From: an uncultured Lachnospiraceae bacterium
Lineage (GTDB): Bacteria; Bacillota; Clostridia; Lachnospirales; Lachnospiraceae
DNA: 64,000 bases
NCBI GenBank assembly: GCA_910587105.1
Contig: CAJUMB010000004.1
Span: 3,918 to 67,917 of the forward strand
Reading direction: 5' to 3'
The position numbers and the translations under genes were made by a program. A model generated the notes under the pieces. The model was given only the letters and a program-made list of their open reading frames with translations. It was not told where the DNA came from and did not search any database. Every line of letters starts with the position of its first letter. Position 1 is the stretch's first letter. Below, piece after piece: positions 33,451 to 43,721 of the stretch.

Positions 33451-34443
33451 TCAGATGGAATCGTATAAGAGTTTATTGATGTCCTGTGCCATGCTGCGAT
33501 GTTCCTGAGTCTGGCAGCAATTTTCGACCAGAGCTTTTAATTCTGTATAGGTAAAGGGAATTCCTTCCAATTTTTCCTGAATGCTCCGGATAAAAAATTC
33601 ATCATTTGCATCGGAATAGAGGGCGGCTGCCACGATGATACCTTTTTCCACATTCAGTTGGAGGTCAAAGTCACCCCATTGAAAACGCCGGTTAATCCGG
33701 TAAGCGAAGTCGATCTTTCTGCCATACAGCCATGCATCGGAGCAGAAGAACTGTCTGGTCTCTTCCAGTTCCGATGAAGAGGAGATCTGGAACTGGTATG
33801 GGGAGACAGGCAGCTGATATACTGTTTCAAATGCCTGGAACATGGCATCTTTCATAATCTGTATGGTCAGGTCCGGACGGAATTCAATCAGGTTGGCAAC
33901 CCGGGAGCGGACAGAGCTTACACCCTTGGTAGCAAGCTTCTCCTTATCCACATTCAGGTAAGCAGACATCATAGATGTGTCAACCTGAATCAGCAGAGTG
34001 CCATGATGGTATTTTCGTCCTCCGGAAGAATAGAAGGCGTTGCCGGAAAACTTTCGTCCGTCTACCGTGATATCGTTTCGGCCTGTCTTCTCAGCATGTA
34101 TTCCCAGGTCCCGGCATGCCTGTAAGATTACCTGTAACTGGCGGTCTACATCGTAATTGTCCTTTTTCATAAGAAAAGTAAAGTTCAGGTTGCCCTTATC
34201 ATGGAAAACAGCCCCTCCCCCGGATAATCGGCGTACTGGATACCCGCCGTCTTCTAAAAGCCGGCTCACATGGCATTCTTTCCAAAGATTCTGATTTCTT
34301 CCGCAGACCACAGTACGCTCGTTCTGCCACAGATAGAGAATGATTTCATCATCTTTTACATGGTCGAATAAATATTTTTCCAGTGCCAGATTTTCATAGG
34401 GATTGAAACTGCTGCTGAGGATGGAAGAAATTTGTTTTATCAT
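33451..34443 (-). CDS. lplA: Lipoate-protein ligase
   Basis: NLALE, GRNQN, RRLSGGGAVFHD, GRND, KFSGNA, HGT. Confidence 0.94.
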   Translation of the reverse strand: MIKQISSILSSSFNPYENLALEKYLFDHVKDDEIILYLWQNERTVVCGRNQNLWKECHVSRLLEDGGYPVRRLSGGGAVFHDKGNLNFTFLMKKDNYDVDRQLQVILQACRDLGIHAEKTGRNDITVDGRKFSGNAFYSSGGRKYHHGTLLIQVDTSMMSAYLNVDKEKLATKGVSSVRSRVANLIEFRPDLTIQIMKDAMFQAFETVYQLPVSPYQFQISSSSELEETRQFFCSDAWLYGRKIDFAYRINRRFQWGDFDLQLNVEKGIIVAAALYSDANDEFFIRSIQEKLEGIPFTYTELKALVENCCQTQEHRSMAQDINKLLYDSI

Positions 34444-34588
34444 TAAGGTCTCCTTTGTAGTGGGTGCTTCTTCAGCCAGAAATCATCAGCTGGCCGAAAA
34501 ATCATTTTCTGTCGGTTTGTATGTTATTGTAATATATCTGAGGCGGAATAGCAAGAAGATACACTCTAAAGTTTTGTCCTGAAAAACC

Positions 34589-34662
34589 TTGACAAAGGAA
34601 AATATTGGGTATATACTTTGATAATCAAAATAATTTAATTTAAAACTAATTGACAATCAAAA
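34589..34662 (+). promoter_or_regulatory. fab promoter with FabT-like palindromic operators
   Basis: TTGACA(34589)-17 bp-TATACT(34612); palindrome TTTGATAATCAAA (34617-34629) and a second TTGACAATCAA near 34649. Confidence 0.7.
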
Positions 34663-34680
34663 CAAATCAGAGGAATCAAT

Positions 34681-35673
34681 ATGGCTGTAAATATATGCGG
34701 GACGGGATCATTTATACCGTCCCATGTAATGGATAATAACGGCATTGCAGAATTGGTGGATACCAATGATGAATGGATCAGGGAGAGGACAGGCATCGTC
34801 AGGAGACACATCGTAGACGGGGAGACCACAGTCTCCATGGCCTGTGAAGCGGGAGAGCGTGCGCTTTCCATGGCAGGTATTTCAGCAGAGGAGATAGACT
34901 TGATCGTGGTTTCTACCATATCCTCAAACGTAGTCCTTCCCTGTGCGGCATGTGAGGTTCAAAAGGAACTGGGGGCAGTGAATGCTACCTGTTTCGACCT
35001 GAGTGCCGCCTGCACAGGTTTTGTCCTGGCCTATAATACTGCGGCGGCTTACCTGTCCGGTGGAATTTATAAGACAGCGCTGATCATTGGAAGTGAGAGC
35101 CTTTCCAATCTTACCAACTGGAGAGACAGGGGAACATGTATTTTATTTGGAGACGGGGCAGGGGCTGCAGTACTGAGAGCGGACAGCCGCAGGATGTATG
35201 TTCCTGTGACACATTCCGACGGTGGGAAAGGCAGTGCCCTCAGTTTAAAGAGCCGCCATGACAGGAATGTGCTCACGGCAGGGGAATACTCCGGAGAAAA
35301 TCATGACTACGGCACAGACGAATATTTCATGAAAATGGATGGTAAGGCAGTGTTTCAGTTTGCCGTAAAGAAGGTGCCTCAGGCGGTGCGGGAAGTTCTG
35401 GAGAAGAACCAGGTCAGACAGGATGAAATAGATTGGTTCCTGCTTCATCAGGCAAACAAAAGGATCGTGGAATCAGTGGCCAAGCGTCTGGGAGAACCCA
35501 TGGAGAAATTCCCTATGAATATTCAGGAATATGGCAATACATCGTCGGCCAGCATACCCATTCTTCTGGACGAGATGAATCGGAAAGGTATGCTGAAGCC
35601 GGGGCAGAAGATTGTCATGGCAGGATTCGGCGCAGGGCTCACATGGGGCGCTTCCATTGTTGAGTGGATGTAA
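34681..35673 (+). CDS. fabH: Beta-ketoacyl-ACP synthase III
   Basis: AACTGF, FGDGAGA, HQAN, GNTSSAS, FGAGLTWG. Confidence 0.97.
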   Translation: MAVNICGTGSFIPSHVMDNNGIAELVDTNDEWIRERTGIVRRHIVDGETTVSMACEAGERALSMAGISAEEIDLIVVSTISSNVVLPCAACEVQKELGAVNATCFDLSAACTGFVLAYNTAAAYLSGGIYKTALIIGSESLSNLTNWRDRGTCILFGDGAGAAVLRADSRRMYVPVTHSDGGKGSALSLKSRHDRNVLTAGEYSGENHDYGTDEYFMKMDGKAVFQFAVKKVPQAVREVLEKNQVRQDEIDWFLLHQANKRIVESVAKRLGEPMEKFPMNIQEYGNTSSASIPILLDEMNRKGMLKPGQKIVMAGFGAGLTWGASIVEWM

Positions 35674-35727
35674 TTATAAACATTTGGTATTGAATGAATG
35701 TAATAGAAAGAAACGGGGTTTTAAAAA

Positions 35728-36666
35728 ATGCAGACAGAATTAACCAGAAAATTGGGCATTGAATATCCGATTATCCAGGGAGGCATGGCATGGGTTGCTG
35801 AATATCATTTGGCGGCGGCTGTGTCAGAAGCAGGAGGTCTGGGGCTTATCGGCGCGGCAAATGCCCCGGCAGAGTGGGTGAGAGAACAGATTCGGGAGGC
35901 AAAAAAGATTACAGACAAGCCTTTCGGTGTGAACATCATGTTGATGAGTCCCTATGCCGATCAGGTGGCAAAAGTGGCAGCGGAAGAAGGGGTAAAGGTA
36001 ATTACCACCGGTGCAGGCAATCCTGAGAAGTATATGGAAATGTGGAAAGAGGCAGATATCCGCGTGATTCCAGTGGTTGCCTCCGTAGCCCTGGCAAAAC
36101 GCATGGAGCGCTGCGGTGCAGACGCGGTGGTGGCAGAGGGATGTGAGTCCGGCGGCCATATTGGAGAGAGCACCACAATGGTACTGGTGCCTCAGGTGGC
36201 AGATGCGGTGCAGATTCCAGTGATTGCCGCAGGGGGGATCGCAGATGGCAGAGGCATTGCCGCGGCATTTATGCTGGGGGCAAAAGGGGTGCAGATGGGC
36301 ACCTGCTTTGTAGTGACAGACGAATCCCAGGTACATGATAATTACAAAGAACGGATCATAAAAGCAAAAGACATTGACACAAGAGTGACAGGACGCAGCA
36401 CGGGTCATCCCATCCGTACCCTGCGCAATGAGATGACCAAGCGATATACAGAACTTGAGGAACAGGGAGCCAGCTTTGAAGAACTGGAGCATCTGACTCT
36501 GGGGGGACTGAGAAATGCTGTTGTGGAAGGCGATGTGAAAAATGGAAGTGTCATGGCAGGACAGATTGCCGGCATGGTGAAAGAGAGGATGTCCTGTAAG
36601 GAGCTGATTGATAAACTGGTAAGAGAAACGGATGCATTGATGAAGGGAGTGGGTCTGTATGATTAA
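35728..36666 (+). CDS. fabK: Enoyl-ACP reductase FabK
   Basis: QGGMAW, EGCESGGH, AAGGIADG, MAGQ. Confidence 0.95.
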   Translation: MQTELTRKLGIEYPIIQGGMAWVAEYHLAAAVSEAGGLGLIGAANAPAEWVREQIREAKKITDKPFGVNIMLMSPYADQVAKVAAEEGVKVITTGAGNPEKYMEMWKEADIRVIPVVASVALAKRMERCGADAVVAEGCESGGHIGESTTMVLVPQVADAVQIPVIAAGGIADGRGIAAAFMLGAKGVQMGTCFVVTDESQVHDNYKERIIKAKDIDTRVTGRSTGHPIRTLRNEMTKRYTELEEQGASFEELEHLTLGGLRNAVVEGDVKNGSVMAGQIAGMVKERMSCKELIDKLVRETDALMKGVGLYD

Positions 36667-37588
36667 GACAGCATTTATTTATCCTGGCCAGGGAGCGCAG
36701 AAAGCAGGTATGGGCGCAGATTTTTATGAGAAAAGTCCTGCCGTCAGAGAGATTTTCGACCAGGCGTCCAAAGTTTTAGATTTGGATATGAAAGCTCTGT
36801 GTTTCGAAAAAAATGACAAACTGGATCTGACAGAATATACCCAGGCGGCTCTGGTTACCACCTGTCTTGCCATGACGAAAGTTGTGGAAGAAGCAGGGAT
36901 TACGCCGGATATCACAGCTGGGCTGAGCTTAGGAGAATATGCGGCCATTGCTGTGGCAGGGGGCATGGACGATATGGATGCCATTCGTCTGGTGCGAAAA
37001 AGAGGGATTCTGATGCAGAACACAGTGCCGGCCGGGGAAGGGGCCATGTGTGCGGTGATGGCCATGGATGCAGAGAAAATCGAGCAGGTCATAGCAGACA
37101 TTCCGGAAGTGGAAGTGGCAAATTATAACTGCCCCGGGCAGATCGTCATCACCGGGAGAAAAGAGGGAGTGGAAACAGCGGCGGTGAAATTGAAAGAAGC
37201 CGGGGCCAGACGTACCATGATGCTCAATGTGAGCGGCCCGTTCCATTCTCCGTTGCTGAAACCCGCGGGAGAAGAATTGGCCGGAGAACTTGTCTCTGTG
37301 CAGATGCACTCTCTGCAGATCCCTTACGTGACCAATGTGACGGCCCGGAAAGTGGAAGATATTGCAGAGACCAAAGAGCTTCTGGCCAGACAGGTGAGTT
37401 CGCCGGTGCGCTGGATGCAGAGCATGGAATATATGATTGCAGAGGGTGTGGAGCGGTTTGTGGAGATCGGACCGGGAAGCACACTGGCCAGCTTTATGAA
37501 AAAAATCAATCCAAAGAGCAGAGTCTACAACGTCAACTCTTGGGAAGATGTGGAGAAGACAGCAGCAGCTCTGAAAGGAGAAGAGTAA
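36659..37588 (+). CDS. fabD: Malonyl-CoA-ACP transacylase
   Basis: PGQGAQ, GLSLGEY, SGPFHS. Confidence 0.96.
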   Translation: MIKTAFIYPGQGAQKAGMGADFYEKSPAVREIFDQASKVLDLDMKALCFEKNDKLDLTEYTQAALVTTCLAMTKVVEEAGITPDITAGLSLGEYAAIAVAGGMDDMDAIRLVRKRGILMQNTVPAGEGAMCAVMAMDAEKIEQVIADIPEVEVANYNCPGQIVITGRKEGVETAAVKLKEAGARRTMMLNVSGPFHSPLLKPAGEELAGELVSVQMHSLQIPYVTNVTARKVEDIAETKELLARQVSSPVRWMQSMEYMIAEGVERFVEIGPGSTLASFMKKINPKSRVYNVNSWEDVEKTAAALKGEE

Positions 37589-37591
37589 AAG

Positions 37592-38332
37592 ATGTTATCA
37601 GGAAAAACAGCAGTGGTAACAGGAGCCTCCAGAGGAATCGGAAAAGCCATCGCTCTGAAACTGGCGTCCCAGGGTGCCGCTGTAGTAGTCAATTATAATG
37701 GTTCGGAAGAAAAAGCTAGAGAAGTGGAACAGGAAATCCAGGCTCAGGGAGGAACCGCGTCTGTCTATCAGTGCAATGTGGCAGATTATGGGCAGTGTGA
37801 AACATTTATTCAGGATGTAATCAAACAGTATGGACGGCTGGATATTCTGGTGAATAATGCAGGGATTACCAAAGACGGATTATTGATGAAAATGACAGAA
37901 GAAGACTTCGACCAGGTGATGGATATTAATCTGAAAGGTGCATTTCATACCATACGCTTTGCATCCCGCCAGATGTTAAAACAAAAAAGCGGACGTATCA
38001 TCAATATGTCGTCAGTTTCCGGCGTGGCGGGCAACGCAGGCCAGGCCAATTATGCGGCATCCAAGGCGGGGCTTATTGGCCTGACCAAAGCTGCGGCCCG
38101 GGAACTGGCATCCAGAGGGATTACAGTCAATGCCATTGCACCTGGATTTATTGAGACAGATATGACCAGCGTGCTGCCGGAAAAGGTGAAAGAGGCTTCT
38201 GTGGCACAGATTCCTCTCGGAACATTTGGAAAGCCGGAACATGTGGCTGCGGCAGCAGCATTTCTGGCTTCTGAGGAGGCGGGATATATTACAGGACAGG
38301 TGCTTCATGTAGACGGCGGTATGATCATGTAG
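37592..38332 (+). CDS. fabG: 3-oxoacyl-ACP reductase
   Basis: TGASRGIG, NNAGITKD, YAASK. Confidence 0.96.
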   Translation: MLSGKTAVVTGASRGIGKAIALKLASQGAAVVVNYNGSEEKAREVEQEIQAQGGTASVYQCNVADYGQCETFIQDVIKQYGRLDILVNNAGITKDGLLMKMTEEDFDQVMDINLKGAFHTIRFASRQMLKQKSGRIINMSSVSGVAGNAGQANYAASKAGLIGLTKAAARELASRGITVNAIAPGFIETDMTSVLPEKVKEASVAQIPLGTFGKPEHVAAAAAFLASEEAGYITGQVLHVDGGMIM

Positions 38333-38357
38333 GAATCGGGGGAGAAAGAGAAACGAT

Positions 38358-39605
38358 ATGAAAAGAAGAGTGGTAGTTACAGGACTTGGGGCAGTGACCC
38401 CCCTTGGAAATACAGTGCCAGAATTTTGGGCTGGTATCAAAGCGGGAAAAGTGGGTATCGGTGAGATTACAAAGTTTGACACAACTGATTATAAGGTAAA
38501 ACTAGCGGCAGAAGTAAAAGACTTTACGGCAAAAGAGCGCATGGATTTTAAAGCGGCAAAGAGAATGGAGCCCTTTTCCCAGTATGCTGTGGCTGCGGCG
38601 AAAGAAGCATTTGAGGATGCAGGGCTTGATATGGAAAAGGAAGACCCGTACCGTACCGGAGTCGTGGTGGGCTCCGGTATCGGAAGCCTCCAGGTGGCAG
38701 AGCGGGAATATGAGAAAATTTTGTCCAAAGGGCCTGCCCGTGTGAATCCCCTTATGGTGCCTTTGATGATTTCTAATATGGCGGCTGGAAACATTTCCAT
38801 TCAGCTGGGGTTGAAAGGAAAATGCACCAATGTGGTAACCGCATGTGCATCGGGAACCCACAGCATCGGCGATGCTTTCCGGGCCATTCAGTATGGTGAT
38901 GCAGACGTGATGCTGGCCGGAGGGGCAGAGAGCTGTATCTGTCCTCTGGGCGTGGCAGGTTTTACAGGATTGACGGCATTGTCCACATCCACAGACCCTC
39001 TGAGGGCATCCATTCCTTTTGACAAAGACAGAGATGGCTTTGTGCTGGGGGAAGGCGCCGGAGTGGTGGTGCTGGAGGAATGGGAACATGCCAGAGCGCG
39101 GGGAGCTCATATCTATGCAGAAGTGTCCGGTTATGGAGCCACTGGCGACGCTTATCACATTACTTCTCCTGCGGAAGACGGCAGCGGAGCTGCCAAAGCC
39201 ATGGAGATAGCCATGGAAGAAGGCGGGATTACCCCTTCTCAGGTGGATTATATCAACGCACACGGCACCAGTACCCACCACAACGATTTGTTCGAGACAA
39301 AGGCAATTAAGCTGGCACTTGGAAGCGCGGCATCACAGGTGGTTATCAATTCCACCAAGTCTATGATCGGCCATCTGCTGGGGGCAGCTGGAGGCGTGGA
39401 ATTCATTACCTGTGTAAAAGCCATCCAGGACGGATTCATTCATCAGACCATGGGATTTAAAAATCCAGATGAAGAGTGTGATTTGAATTATGCTCTGGAC
39501 GGTCCGGTGGAAAAAGATATCCATTATGTATTGACAAATTCGCTGGGATTTGGCGGTCACAATGCCACGCTTCTGCTGAAGAAGTATGGAACGGATGCAG
39601 AATAA
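38358..39605 (+). CDS. fabF: Beta-ketoacyl-ACP synthase II
   Basis: TACASG, NAHGTST, KSMIGH, GFGGHN. Confidence 0.96.
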   Translation: MKRRVVVTGLGAVTPLGNTVPEFWAGIKAGKVGIGEITKFDTTDYKVKLAAEVKDFTAKERMDFKAAKRMEPFSQYAVAAAKEAFEDAGLDMEKEDPYRTGVVVGSGIGSLQVAEREYEKILSKGPARVNPLMVPLMISNMAAGNISIQLGLKGKCTNVVTACASGTHSIGDAFRAIQYGDADVMLAGGAESCICPLGVAGFTGLTALSTSTDPLRASIPFDKDRDGFVLGEGAGVVVLEEWEHARARGAHIYAEVSGYGATGDAYHITSPAEDGSGAAKAMEIAMEEGGITPSQVDYINAHGTSTHHNDLFETKAIKLALGSAASQVVINSTKSMIGHLLGAAGGVEFITCVKAIQDGFIHQTMGFKNPDEECDLNYALDGPVEKDIHYVLTNSLGFGGHNATLLLKKYGTDAE

Positions 39606-39644
39606 AAAGGGGCGCAGTTATAGACTCAGGAAAGGATTCAAGTT

Positions 39645-40073
39645 ATGGAATTTGAAAATCTTATCAGACTGATTGAGAAAGTATCTCAGTCAGAATTGAC
39701 CGGGTTGAAATATGAAGAAGACGGAGTGAAGCTGCACTTGACGAAAAAGCAGGGGGGGATTCAGGTACAGGCATCAGAAGGGCCTGTGCAGGTGGTTTCC
39801 CTGCCTAAATCAGAAGCTGCACCGGATTCTGGAAAGAATAATAAGATCATCGAATCTCCGCTGGTGGGCACTTTTTATGCGGCTCCTGATGAGGAGGCAG
39901 AACCCTTTGTCCGTGTTGGGGATGTGGTGAGAAAAGGGCAGACACTGGCCATTATAGAGGCCATGAAGCTTATGAACGAAATTGAAAGCGATTATGACGG
40001 AACCATAGCGGAAATATACGTATCAAACGGTCAGACAGTGGAGTACGGCCAGGAGCTGTTTCGGATTGATTAG
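39645..40073 (+). CDS. accB: Biotin carboxyl carrier protein
   Basis: SPLVGTFY, EAMKLMN. Confidence 0.95.
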   Translation: MEFENLIRLIEKVSQSELTGLKYEEDGVKLHLTKKQGGIQVQASEGPVQVVSLPKSEAAPDSGKNNKIIESPLVGTFYAAPDEEAEPFVRVGDVVRKGQTLAIIEAMKLMNEIESDYDGTIAEIYVSNGQTVEYGQELFRID

Positions 40074-40087
40074 GAGATGAGAGAGTT

Positions 40088-40516
40088 ATGAATCATTTGG
40101 ATATTAATCAGATTAAAGAGATTATTCCCCACCGCCACCCGTTTCTTTTACTGGATTATATTGAGGATTATGAGCCGGGACAGTATGCAGTGGGGTATAA
40201 ATGCGTATCCTATCGTGAGGAGTTTTTTGCCGGGCATTTTCCCCAGGAGCCGGTGATGCCGGGAGTGCTCACGGTGGAAGCTCTGGCCCAGGCGGGGGCA
40301 GTGGCGATCTTAAGCATGGAAGAAAACAAAGGAAAAACCGCTTATTTTGGCGGCATTAATAAATGTAAGTTTAGAGGCAAAGTAGTACCTGGGGATAAGG
40401 TGCGGCTGGAGACTAAGATCATCCGCCAGAAAGGCGCTGTGGGCATTGGGGAAGCTGTGGCAAGCGTGGATGGAAAAACCGTTGTCAGCGCCGAACTGAC
40501 ATTTATGATTGGATAG
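40088..40516 (+). CDS. fabZ: 3-hydroxyacyl-ACP dehydratase
   Basis: PHRHPFLL, GHFP, PGVL..EALAQ. Confidence 0.96.
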   Translation: MNHLDINQIKEIIPHRHPFLLLDYIEDYEPGQYAVGYKCVSYREEFFAGHFPQEPVMPGVLTVEALAQAGAVAILSMEENKGKTAYFGGINKCKFRGKVVPGDKVRLETKIIRQKGAVGIGEAVASVDGKTVVSAELTFMIG

Positions 40517-40524
40517 GGGGCTGC

Positions 40525-41889
40525 ATGATTAAGAAAGTATTAATTGCCAACAGAGGCGAGATTGCCGTGCGTATCATCCGTGCCTGCCGGGAGATGGGAA
40601 TCGAAACAGTGGCAGTCTATTCTCAGGCTGACCGTGAAGCCCTTCACACGAAACTGGCGGATGAAGCCATCTGTATCGGGCCTCCGCCGTCGTCGGAAAG
40701 CTACCTGAGTATGGAACGGATTATCAGCGCCACTGTGGTCACCCAGGCAGATGCCATACACCCGGGATTTGGATTTCTATCGGAGAACAGTAAATTTGCA
40801 GAGCTTTGCCAGCAGTGCAACATTACATTTATCGGGCCGGATGCACAGGTGATTGCCAAGCTGGGAAATAAGCGGGAGGCCAGGAATACCATGGTGTCCG
40901 CCGGGGTTCCGGTGATTCCTGGGAGTAAGGATGCCATTTACGACGCCCAGACAGGGGCTCAGATTGCCAGAGAAATTGGATATCCGGTGATAATAAAGGC
41001 TGCCTTGGGCGGCGGCGGCAAAGGAATGCGTGTAGCTGAGACGGAAGAAGAATTTGAGCAGAGTTTTCAGATGGCCCAGAAAGAAACTCAGATGGCCTTT
41101 GGAGACAACACGATGTATATCGAGCATTATGTCCAACATCCCAGGCACATTGAATTTCAGATTCTGGCAGACCAGTATGGAAACATCATCCATCTGGGGG
41201 AGAGGGACTGCTCCATTCAGCGGAACCACCAGAAAATGATTGAAGAATCCCCCTCCATTGCCCTGTCGGAGGAACTGCGCCAGGAAATGGGCCAGACAGC
41301 AGTCCGGGCTGCCAGAGCTGCTGGCTATGTGAATGCGGGAACCATTGAATTCCTCCTGGAAAATTCCGGGAAATACTATTTTATGGAAATGAACACGAGA
41401 ATTCAGGTTGAGCATCCGGTTACTGAGTGGGTCACAGGCATTGATCTCATCAAGGAGCAGATCCGCATTGCTTCCGGGAAAAAGCTTTCTTATAGGCAGG
41501 AAGATGTGCATTTGACTGGCCATGCCATTGAATGCCGTATTAATGCAGAAAATCCCAGCCAGAACTTCCGGCCTTCTCCAGGAACCATCACGGATATGTA
41601 TCTGCCGGGGGGCAAAGGAATCCGCATTGACTCGGCAATCTACAGTGGTTATACCATTCCTCCCTATTATGATTCTATGGCAGCAAAGCTGATTGTGTGG
41701 GCCAAGAACCGGGGAGAGGCTGTCCGCAAAATGCAGAGTGCCCTGGGAGAAGTGATTATTGAGGGTATTGATACGAATGTGGATTATCAATATGAGATTT
41801 TGAATCATCCGGACTATCTCTCTGGAAATATTGACGTTGAATTTATTGAAAACATGCAGCAGCAGTTGGAGCGTGGACAGATGGCGTAA
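40525..41889 (+). CDS. accC: Biotin carboxylase
   Basis: ANRGEIA, GGGGKGM, ERDCSIQR, EMNTRIQVEH. Confidence 0.97.
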   Translation: MIKKVLIANRGEIAVRIIRACREMGIETVAVYSQADREALHTKLADEAICIGPPPSSESYLSMERIISATVVTQADAIHPGFGFLSENSKFAELCQQCNITFIGPDAQVIAKLGNKREARNTMVSAGVPVIPGSKDAIYDAQTGAQIAREIGYPVIIKAALGGGGKGMRVAETEEEFEQSFQMAQKETQMAFGDNTMYIEHYVQHPRHIEFQILADQYGNIIHLGERDCSIQRNHQKMIEESPSIALSEELRQEMGQTAVRAARAAGYVNAGTIEFLLENSGKYYFMEMNTRIQVEHPVTEWVTGIDLIKEQIRIASGKKLSYRQEDVHLTGHAIECRINAENPSQNFRPSPGTITDMYLPGGKGIRIDSAIYSGYTIPPYYDSMAAKLIVWAKNRGEAVRKMQSALGEVIIEGIDTNVDYQYEILNHPDYLSGNIDVEFIENMQQQLERGQMA

Positions 41890-41953
41890 ATGATCGTCCG
41901 GACGTGTTTCAATCTGAGGGTGCGGCAGGGAAAAGCGTAAAGGTGACAGTGTT

Positions 41954-43711
41954 ATGAAATTAGACAATGTGTTTAAAAAAACCAGACTGCCAAAGAGAAG
42001 AAGTGCGGCATCTGCGGATGCCGCAAGACCAGAAGTACCAGAAGGTCTTGTGCGTAAATGTAACATGTGTAAAGGAGCCATTATTGCGGAGGACGTGAGG
42101 GATGGCTTATATATCTGCCCCAAATGCGGGGGATATTTCCGGATACACGCCTACCGGCGCATTGAGATGATTGCGGATGAGGGCACATTTGAAGAATGGG
42201 ACAGGGGGCTTACCACAAAAAATCCCCTGAAATTCAGAGGATATGAGGAAAAGCTGGCAGCGCTTCAGGAAAAGACAGGGCTTTCAGAGGCGGTGGTCAC
42301 GGGAAAGGTGCAGATTGAAGGCATAGATGCCGTACTGGGCGTCTGCGATGGGCGTTTTCTCATGGCCAGTATGGGAGAAGTTGTGGGCGAGAAGATCACA
42401 AGGGCTGTGGAGCGCGCCACACGGGAAAAACTTCCGCTGATCATTTTTACCTGTTCCGGAGGGGCCAGAATGCAGGAGGGAATTGTCTCTTTGATGCAGA
42501 TGGCGAAAACATCTGCCGCACTGAAACGGCACAGCGATGCGGGACTTTTGTATATTACGGTGCTGACAGACCCTACCACCGGAGGGGTGACGGCAAGTTT
42601 CGCCATGCTTGGGGATGTGATACTGGCAGAGCCGAAAGCTCTGATTGGATTTGCCGGCCCCCGGGTGATTGGCCAGACCATCGGCCAGAAACTGCCCAAA
42701 GGTTTTCAGCGGTCAGAATTTCTTTTGGAACATGGGTTTATTGATGGAATTGTGGAGCGTCCTCAGATGAAAGAGACCCTCGGCAGGTTGTTAAAGCTTC
42801 ACAGGGACAGCCAGAAGGAGTCCAAGACGGCAGACGGGACCTCCGGTTTCTCTGCGGCAGGCCAGAGTCAGGAAGCAGAGACTCGGCACAAACAGAGCAT
42901 TAGGGGACAAAGGCCTCAGAGGATGGAGACCGCCAGAGCCTGGGAACGTGTGCTTGCTTCCAGGAAGAAAGGGCGTCCGGTGGGAAGCGATTATATAGAA
43001 GCTCTGTTTACGGATTTTGTAGAAATGCACGGGGACCGGTATTTTGCGGACAATCAGGCGATTATCGGCGGCATTGCAAGATTTCACGGAATTCCGGTGA
43101 CCGTGATTGCCCAGGCAAAGGGTTCTGACACGAAAGAGAATATCCAGAGGAACTTTGGAATGCCTTCCCCTGACGGTTATCGAAAATCCCTGCGTCTGAT
43201 GAAACAGGCAGAGAAATTCCACCGTCCTGTAATCTGTTTTGTGGATACTCCAGGCGCCTTCTGCGGCGTGGAGGCGGAAGAGAGGGGGCAGGGAGAAGCC
43301 ATCGCCAGAAATATTTACGAAATGTCGGCGCTGAAAGTACCCATTCTTTCCATCGTAATCGGTGAGGGAGGAAGCGGCGGGGCCCTGGCCCTGGCTATGG
43401 CTGACCAGGTGTGGATGCTGGAAAATTCCATTTATTCCATCCTGTCTCCAGAGGGGTTTGCCAGCATTTTGTGGAAAGACAGCGGAAAAGCCCAGGAAGC
43501 GGCGGAAGTTATGAAACTTACGGCAGAGGATTTGTACAGACAGGGGATTGTGGAGCGGGTGCTTCCTGAGCCGGAGGATTATACAGTAGAGAATATGGAA
43601 GCGGTTACAGACCTGTTGGAAGAACAGATGGAAGAATTCCTGGCCCAATACGGCCATATGGATGGAGATCAGCTGGCACAGCACAGGTATGACAGGTTCC
43701 GGGATATGTAG
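41954..43711 (+). CDS. accD: Fused acetyl-CoA carboxyltransferase beta/alpha (AccD-AccA)
   Basis: CxxC..CxxC zinc finger, [17 protein letters not shown]; linker; then [23 protein letters not shown]. Confidence 0.93.
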   Translation: MKLDNVFKKTRLPKRRSAASADAARPEVPEGLVRKCNMCKGAIIAEDVRDGLYICPKCGGYFRIHAYRRIEMIADEGTFEEWDRGLTTKNPLKFRGYEEKLAALQEKTGLSEAVVTGKVQIEGIDAVLGVCDGRFLMASMGEVVGEKITRAVERATREKLPLIIFTCSGGARMQEGIVSLMQMAKTSAALKRHSDAGLLYITVLTDPTTGGVTASFAMLGDVILAEPKALIGFAGPRVIGQTIGQKLPKGFQRSEFLLEHGFIDGIVERPQMKETLGRLLKLHRDSQKESKTADGTSGFSAAGQSQEAETRHKQSIRGQRPQRMETARAWERVLASRKKGRPVGSDYIEALFTDFVEMHGDRYFADNQAIIGGIARFHGIPVTVIAQAKGSDTKENIQRNFGMPSPDGYRKSLRLMKQAEKFHRPVICFVDTPGAFCGVEAEERGQGEAIARNIYEMSALKVPILSIVIGEGGSGGALALAMADQVWMLENSIYSILSPEGFASILWKDSGKAQEAAEVMKLTAEDLYRQGIVERVLPEPEDYTVENMEAVTDLLEEQMEEFLAQYGHMDGDQLAQHRYDRFRDM

Positions 43712-43721
43712 GAGAAAAAGT

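Noticed and set aside
34555..34571. aagatacactctaa (and aaacacgctct at about 61526) as family-B element ends
   Set aside because: Too short and lacking a partner arm; cannot be distinguished from chance.
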